Positions 36,601 to 45,600 of a stretch of DNA of 64,000 nucleotides are shown one piece after another. Below the pieces are notes generated by a model. The model saw only the letters and a program-made list of their open reading frames with translations. It made no database searches and was not told where the DNA came from. Every line of letters begins with the position of its first letter. The first letter of the stretch is position 1. Both the position numbers and the translations under genes were made by a program. Source of the stretch: Phoronis australis (lineage: Eukaryota; Animalia; Phoronida); contig NMRA01000612.1 of assembly GCA_002633005.1 (NCBI GenBank), positions 62,001 to 126,000 on the forward strand, in the 5' to 3' direction.

Positions 36601-39600
36601 AGAGGCACTTGAACATGACTTGGCCTCATGAGGTATTGACACTTGAAGTAAATTCTCTAAGTGGTAGTTGTCACCATTTCTACTATTGCCAATGACAGGC
36701 TTGAACTCTTAGCAGGCAGCTCAGAGATCTTTTGTTTGTAATTATTTATTTACTATAATTTCTTGTTCACAGGAGCTCATGGCTCATTGGCTAATTGATG
36801 ACAAAATTTTATTTTATGTTAAATTGTTGCCACTAATTTTCATCAGATTAATTTTCAACATTTGTCAGTTTTTTTTGTTTTCTGTTCAGTTGCCATAGTT
36901 ATTGATTTCAAGACAGGTGTAATAACCATTAGAGAACAGGGTTGTCTCCTGTCCAAGTGTTCACCTGAGCCAACATGCAGGTGAAGACTTGTTATCTGCC
37001 ACGATGCTTCAAGGAGCCTAGAAGACCCTGCCAACACTGATAAAACTCTTGAAATGAATAAGACTGGTATCTGATTTGGATAACGAATTGGCTCTAAACC
37101 ACCCTTGAAATTAACGCAACTGAACTTTTACAAAATTTTATCCAGACGGAAAATTTGAAATTTCAGAACCACTCCCATGCTATGCCAATTGTCTATTCGT
37201 CTGTGGTCATTTTTTATTCCCCTCACAATGGTATGTGATAGGTGAAAGATTTACAGCATTCAACCTAGATAACCCCATGGGTTTGTTGACTAAGCAGTTC
37301 ATATCTCAGTAGATATTAGCTTGCGATTTGGGACACAGGTCTGGAGTGGTGATTTGATGTGTGGTCTGTGTCTCTAGCTTGCACATCTGTATGCAGTCTC
37401 GCACTTCCCTGCAGGAGACTGTGTGATAATGCTCTGCTTGGAGAGTTGAGATGGCTTGTAATGGTGTAAGAAAGCCTAGTCAGGGGTCCACTGAACAGGA
37501 TGTGGACCCCTCTCAGTGGGACGACATTTGCTTGGAGCTACAGGTGTTAACAAGATTGAGTTATCTTGTGCTGTTAACGTGGCTTACATATTTACACTAG
37601 ATTAGGATCTTCCTTGTGAGGCATTTTCAGTTATTTATAGATATATCAATTAGATTTCACAAAATTCAATATAAAGCATCTCTTCAAAATTGTAACATTA
37701 AGTCAGCTGGTATAAGTATGAGTTCAGACATGTTTCTTGGCAGTGCAGAATGCAGTGATTGTGTTATAACTTGCTTAGTTTTAAATTTGTAATGTGGTTT
37801 CAGTATCTTAATCTCTTATGTTTTACTTTCTTCAAGAAGATAAGTATTCCTTTGCGACATGAAGATGTATTTCATTTGTGTTATCTCAATGTGTTCCACA
37901 GGTTGAACTCAACAAAAAACGTGAGGCTGAACTCCAGAGACTGCGACGGGACCTGGAGGAAAGTGCCATGCAACATGAGGCTGCTATGGCCGCCATGCGC
38001 AAGAAACTGCAGGATCAGTCTGCCGAGCTGTCAGAATCAGTTGATGCCCTACAGAAGGCCAAGTCTAAGTAAGTTATGGATTGTATGTCTACTTTTTACT
38101 AGACAAAGTGGAACTCTTTTGATGTCCTAGTTGTTGTTAGAAAAAATGTTGATGTTGATGTTGATGTTGTTGTTGTTGCTGTTATGATTGATAATGGAAG
38201 TTTACTGATGCAATGTTAGTAGTCAGTTAATGGAACATCAGACAGAGCATTGGTGCTAACTAAAAACATTTGGATTTCAGGGGTGTTAGTTGGAAATTTG
38301 CTTGTGCAACAATGGCAGTTATCAATGGAATTTAGATGTGCTCTTCAACTAATAGTCTTCAATGAGTGTACGAATGACTTCATGGCAAGTCTTTATTTTT
38401 GAGGTTCCATTTTCTTTTGTTAATATATTCTTATAAACTTTCCATGCCATGTTCTTTAGGAAAGAGACATGTATGCCTTATCTCCAAATGGACAGATCTG
38501 TTTAATCATCTTCTAATCCAACACCTGCACAAGAGAATTGTAAACAATACAGATGTAATAGCTTGTCATCTGTTATGACAAATGTCACGTGACAAATGTC
38601 ACGTGACAAATGTCACGTTCTGATGACGATGGACCTGACTTCTGTTAGGAGATAGTGTAATGCTGTCACATTCAAGTAATGTTGAGCACTACTTTGGCGG
38701 GTCAAAAGTGACCACCTTCAACATAAGATGAAGTAAGATAAAATAAAGAATCCAAAAATAAGGTCTATCATCTCCTATCAGACCATAGTATAAACATACT
38801 GGAAGTGTTAAGTTGTTTTATTTCTCGACTCATTTTTATGACCCTCACAAAATTAATCAACATTCGACACTCGACAATGTGTGGAACAGGATGTCACAAT
38901 GTTATAGTTGTGTTAGTACTCAATATGCCTCTAGTCTGGATCAATAATGATAACTGCAATAATAGTAATACTGGGCTCCTCCCACGTGTGACTGTTCTGG
39001 AGAGCCTTGTGTTAACACTAATCGCTGTTGCAGACTTGAAAAGGAAAAGTCGCAGCTGCGTGCCGAATTTGATGATCTTCAGTCTCAGCTTGAACATGTT
39101 ATGAAGGGCAAGGTAAACCCTATGGGAGGCCTGCCGTGTGGACTAGGCGTGACGGTTACCCTTGTTTGACTTGATGTACACAGCTCACAATGTTAGCGTG
39201 CACACACACACTTGACTATCAGTGCAATATTGTTGTAGTCACCAGAAACAATGCACGGACTTAGGTTTTGGTTAGCACTGAGCGTGGATAGATCAATTGG
39301 TAGTATGCAATGCAGTTTTCTCCAGTCCTAAAAATTGCATTTCTGATTCTGATTTCAAACCAAAGCTCTTATTTGCTATTTAGTTAGTTTTTTTGCCATG
39401 GAAGCATGAAAACATTTGTGAGCTGTCACTTAAGAGCAGAGCAGTGATTTACCCCCTGATGGCAGTGCAAACTCAACTGCCCCACCTCTCCCTCAATGGC
39501 CGCAATGTTTGTTGTTTCCCTCACATGCATGGAGAGTTCTTACCCTCTATTATTGCAGAATGGAAAAAGAGCGTAATCAGCTACAATCGGAAGTTGAAGA

Positions 39601-42600
39601 TTTACTGGCTAACTTAGAAAATCTTGAAAAAAATAAGGTATATTGGTAAAAATTCGGGATGCGGTCTTGCTGAATCTTTCAAAAATGTTTTCTCCATTTA
39701 GCTGCTGGCTTAGCTTGCTTTTGCATTTATTTCAAGAAAACACATCTTAAGGAGGAGCTTTTGTATACAACGTGTATTTTGTCATCCAACTTTCTCCCCT
39801 TCCTTGTGACAATTCAACACATGTGTCTGTCTCTGTAACTTCTCTCCAGCATAATCATTCCTATTCACCTGTTTTTAGCTGTGTCATCTTGACATATTGC
39901 ATGCTTTCAGCAATAATGTTCCTGAAGATTTGTTCTCTTTTCTCAATTTGTTGGTCATTGCCTAGTTCCTGAGGAGGTGTGGAACTTAACCCATAATTTA
40001 GTTCATGTTTCATTCACAAGGAATGATACTAGCAATTAGTCTTTCAAAATCAACCTACTGATCCCAAAAATAAAATAATAACATTTTTATTCTTTCATTT
40101 CTCACAAAATGGATGATTCCACACATCCTTGGGATAATGCTAAGCTTTAATTAGTTATGTTTTTAAAATTAATTGTGAAGTAAGTATTCTTGGTGATAAT
40201 TACATTAAGAATTTACTATTGAACTAGAGATCATACTACATTCAAATTGTTCACCGTTAATTGTAATGTGGTACTAAACGGTGTCAATTGTTTCCTTGCA
40301 GAAAAAATTAAATTGTTTGCTTGATTCATGAGTGAAATGACTGCATAATAAAGTGTACAGTTACTAATCTCTGGAGCTTAACAATGTATGTATGTTTAGT
40401 GTGAAGGAAATAAGTTAGCCATTCTAAATACCGGTACACCCGTCCACTTTTGTAGAACAATGCTGACAAACTGGCTAAGAATTTGGAGTCACAACTGGTT
40501 GAGGTGAATGCACGCGTTGACGAGAATGTACGCGTGATTAACGACCTGAACTCTAGCAAGGCTCGCATGCAGACTGAGAATGCGGACCTTTCGCGCCAGC
40601 TAGAGGAGGCTGAGCACAACATTGGCCAGATCACCAAGGCAAAGAATGCCCTCAACGCCAGCTTGGAGGAAGCCAAGAGAAGTCTGGAAGAGGAGAGCCG
40701 TGTGAGTAAAGGCTAAAGATGAAGTGTCTCTAGCTGTCATAATTTTGAATGTAGGAAACAAGAACTTGTAAAATACTCTGTAATGGAATGACTGAGCTGT
40801 TAATTATCAATAGTAAATGTGCCAGCATACTCAGTGAAACTGATATTACCCAATTTTCTGTCATTTCTTTGCAGGGTCGCCAGAAGTTGACCACAGAGTG
40901 CCGCAATATGCAGGCTGATCTCGACACAATGCGTGAACAGCTTGAGGATGAGGCTGAGGCCAAGTCAGAAGTCCAACGTCAACTGTCCAAGGCCAACGCC
41001 GAGGTGCAGACCTGGAGATCGAAGTTCGAGAGTGAGGGTATGGCCAGGACTGAGGAGCTGGAAGAGGCAAAGCGCCGCCTTGCAGCCAAATTGCAAGAAG
41101 CAGAAGCTGCTTTGGAGCAGGCTCAAGGTAAAATCAGTTCATTGGAGAAAGTCAAGAACAGACTTACTGGAGAGCTGGAGGATCTAAGCATTGATGTGGA
41201 GAGGGTAAGTCTTCAATTAATTTTTACATGTTAGTGGTGGTGTAATAATTATACCATCTACCTTATTTGGAAATTTGGAGCCATGGTGCTGAAACTGCCA
41301 TTCCAAGTCAGGAAACAATGAGTATTAGACTACAATGCCATGCTAGTTTAATGTCCTCTCATATAACTCAGTTCTGAGAATATGTCTGTTGCTATTGGTT
41401 GACTATTTTGCTCTTGTAGGCCAATGGTGCTGCTGCTGCCTTGGAGAAAAAACAAAAGGGCTTTGACCGTCTCATTGCTGAATGGGAGGCCAAGTACCGT
41501 GATCTGCAACAAGAGTTGGAGAGCTCCCAGAGAGAGGCCCGCAGCTACTCTGCTGAGGTGTTCAAGCTCAAGTCTAGTGTAGATGAAGCCCAAGACCAGA
41601 TGGAGGCTTTGAGGAGGGAGAACAAGAACTTGGCAGGTTAGTAACACATGCTACTGTTAAGTAGGTGTCCATTGACTGGTTCAATTTTGTTTTGGAAACA
41701 AACATGCATTATTTCCTAATGGCCCCAGTTGTGTGGAACGTAATCAGAATCTTCCAAATTGTGGGACACCTACGTATTTTTTGCTTGGTCTTTAACTTGT
41801 TTAGATTCCTCGCAACACAGCAGTTTTTTGTCAAAAAGAATGCTTACAAAAAGTCCATTAATTTATATGGCTGTTTTTTCTAGCGCTTCTTCAATTCTTT
41901 GTCATCATATGGTATATTTCATGTTTTATCTCCATATAACCTTAGAACATGTTGTTATAGTTGATGTGCTACCATTCCATCCTCTAGTGACTCTCCTGTC
42001 TTCTTTCAGATGAGATCCACGACCTGACTGATCAATTGAGCGAGGGTGGTCGAAGCTCCCATGAGCTGGAGAAAATGCGCAAACGGCTGGAGATGGAGAA
42101 GGAAGAGCTCCAATCAGCTCTTGAAGAGGCAGAGTCTGCTTTGGAACAAGAAGAGGCCAAAGTGGTGCGCGCACAGTTAGAGCTGTCGCAGGTCCGCAGC
42201 GAGATCGAGCGCCGCCTCAACGAGAAAGAAGATGAATTCGAAAACACACGGTTTGTCAGTTTGCTCTTTTATAACGTACATCATTTTGTATTCTCAGTAT
42301 GATCCGAATTTGAGGAAGCTAGAATAAAAATAACCATTAGCATCACAATTTTGACATGGATGTTTCATACCACATTGAAACATTTTTGACAATGGAAATG
42401 TTTAAGCGCAAGTAGTAGATACTTACGAATATGACTGATGTTTTATTACCATACTTGACTAGTGTATTGGGTTATAGCGGTGAGCNTGTTGTTACAGTTG
42501 ATGTGCTACCATTCCATCCTCTAGTGACTCTCCTGTCTTCTTTCAGATGAGATCCACGACCTGACTGATCAATTGAGCGAGGGTGGTCGAAGCTCCCATG

Positions 42601-45600
42601 AGCTGGAGAAAATGCGCAAACGGCTGGAGATGGAGAAGGAAGAGCTCCAATCAGCTCTTGAAGAGGCAGAGTCTGCTTTGGAACAAGAAGAGGCCAAAGT
42701 GGTGCGCGCACAGTTAGAGCTGTCGCAGGTCCGCAGCGAGATCGAGCGCCGCCTCAACGAGAAAGAAGATGAATTCGAAAACACACGGTTTGTTAGTTTG
42801 CTCTTTTATAATGTACATCATTTTGTATTCTCAGTATGATCCGAATTTAAGGAAGCTAGAATATAAATAACCATTAGCATCATAATTTTAACATGGATGT
42901 TTCATACCACATTGAAACATTTTTGACGATAGCGCAACTAGTAGATACTTACAAATATAACTGATGTTTTATTACCATACTTGGCTAGTGTATTGGGTTA
43001 TAGCGGTGAGCTATGCCAGGGAATGTCTGGCCTGAATGTTCGTATAATGCCTGATGTTTAGTACTTGGTTACAGCAAGAACCACCAACGTGCCCTGGACT
43101 CTGTACAAGCCAGTCTGGAAGCTGAATCTAAAGGTAAAGCTGAGGCCATGCGCATGAAAAAGAAGTTGGAACAAGACATCAATGAATTGGAAGTGCAACT
43201 GGATGCTGCCAACCGCATGAGAGCTGAGGCAGAAAAGAATGCTAAGAAGTTCAGTCAGCAAGTTATGGTAAGTGACTGAATCCCGACAAGTGAGGCATGT
43301 GCTGTGAATGGTAATTTTTATATGTACAGAGGTTGGTTGGACCACTTAGAAGTATCGTACATTCAGTAGTTGTGATAATTGACAAACACTGTTGGTAAGC
43401 ACATGCTTTGAGCAGCAGATAAAGTAGAATGAAAATGTGTAATGTAAGAAAAAACATAAAAGTTAGGAATGGTATGATCTCGAGAAACTCGGCCTGTTTC
43501 AGTTCCTTGGATTTTGTCAGTAGATGTGTACAAGAACCACATTGCCAACTGGTATATAATATAACCTGATTTAAGATATTTGTTAGCGATATCTAAAATA
43601 GTAGTTCTTTGAAGTGAGGACAATTGGCTTTGTGTATCAACATATGATGCTGAAACTCAGGACAATTGATATCTCTGAAAATTACTCTTATCTTTAAATT
43701 TCACGTAACTGAAAATATTTGTAATGGACATGTTTTTTAACAATGTGATCAGTTTAGAGTCTCTATTGATGAATCGTCAATAAGTCATTCATAAACCCTT
43801 GTCTATGTTCTTGACAGGAAATCCGCGGCCAGATTGAGGATGAGCAGAGGCAGCGTGATGAAGCTCGTGAACAGTTCAACTTGGCTGAACGTCGTGCCCT
43901 GATGCTCAATGGTGAGGTGGAGGAACTGCGCACAGCTCTGGAACAGGCTGAGCGGGCTCGCAAGGCAGCTGAGGGTGAACTGCACGAAGCTGCTGAACGC
44001 GTCTCTGAGCTGTCCACACAGACCGCGTCAATGGCGTCACTCAAGAGGAAGCTGGAGAGTGACATCACCTCCATGCAGGCTGACCTGGATGAGGCTGGCA
44101 ATGAGTGCAAGGCAGCGGATGAGCGTGCCAAGAAGGCAGTGATGGATGCTGCTCGCCTGGCCGAAGAGCTGCGTCAGGAGCAGGAACATAACCAGCACGT
44201 GGAGAAACTGCGCAAACAGCTGGAGACACAGATGAAGGAGATGCAGGTGCGACTGGATGAGGCAGAGGCTTCAGCCATGAAGGGAGGCAAGAGGATGTTG
44301 GCAAAACTGGAGGAGAAGATCCGTCTTATGGAGAGTGAGCTGGACAGTGAGCAGCGCCGCCACGCTGAGACACAGAAGAATGCCCGTAAGGCTGATCGCC
44401 GCATGAAGGAACTGTCCTTCGCCGCTGATGAAGACCGCAAGAACACAGAACGCCTGCAGGACCTGATTGACAAACTGCAGCAGAAGATTAAGACATACAA
44501 ACGCCAAGTAGAAGAGGCTGTAAGTCTATAGAAAACGATTGAGCTCTCATGTTAATTACACTGATCCTGGCATTTTTGCTTGTATTTGAGAAACATTCTG
44601 TACTACAAATCTCAGATTGATAGCTATTTTAAAACTTTATCAGACAATATGTACAAGAAAAAATAAGTGAAATGAAGCAGTTGTAAACTTTCTTTCATGC
44701 CACGTCATTGCAAAGCGATGTTCCCTTAATCATGATTTTCCTGTTTTTGTCATCAGGAGGAGATTGCTGCCACTAACCTGGCCAAATACCGCAAGGTACA
44801 GCATGAAATGGAGGATGCCGAGGAGCGTGCTGACCAGGCTGAGGCTAGTCTAGCCAAACTGCGTGCCAAGAACCGTAGCTCTGCATCTATGGGACGGGCT
44901 GGCTCTTCCGCTGGTGTAAGTAATTTCATCTTTCGCTCCTGAACATCTAAATCCTTTCTGTAGAATTGTGTTTTATACATTTTGTTTGAAAATGCAAAAT
45001 GTTTGCTAGTTCTCAACACCTGAAAATAAATTTCATTCCTCTGTCTCTTGTTGTTCTTGTTCTTAATCTTCTGTTCTTTCTTTCTAGTCTGTGCTTACGG
45101 ACATTTCTCGATCTGTTTCTACAATTGCTTTTACAAACATTATTGACTTGTATAGTTCAATTACATGGTTCTGACTGACTCATTTAAGTAAATTTTCTTC
45201 AGGCCACAATAAGTGCATCTGTGAAAGCCCCGCGTCGGGTAGAACGTTCTGCCGATCGCACAGCAGAGTAAAACACATGTACTTGTAAGTTTTAGGAGCA
45301 CAAAAACATGTCACTTAGATTATGAGAATAGACTCTGCTGCTCATACAATTTTATTTTGCAATACAAATATTATTTGAGGCAGATTTCAGTAATAAGGTT
45401 CCAATGGTTTTACCATTTCTTTGTAACCTGGAATGAAGTCTGCTTGTAGTGACTAAGGCTTGTGTTAGCTACAATCACAGCTTCACTGAGCACTAGACTG
45501 CTCTTTTTTATAGGGAGGCTCTTCCTCTACTGTCGTTAGTAGTTCAACAGTAATCAAAAAATCATCTAAGGTGATGGAGGCTTAGGAGTCTCTGTAAGTT

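Noticed and set aside
37482-37511. 10-bp hairpin AGGGGTCCAC/GTGGACCCCT whose right arm also occurs at 12031 after c5b
   Set aside because: The hairpin is real, but pairing over 25 kb is implausible against the local stem and the match may be chance
17540-41270. Further CArG matches at 17540 and 41261
   Set aside because: No supporting context, and the count is compatible with chance
28669-45019. Many minus-strand Ser-rich ORFs opposite rod exons
   Set aside because: They are antisense shadows of Glu/Lys/Leu-rich coiled-coil codons, with no independent gene signals
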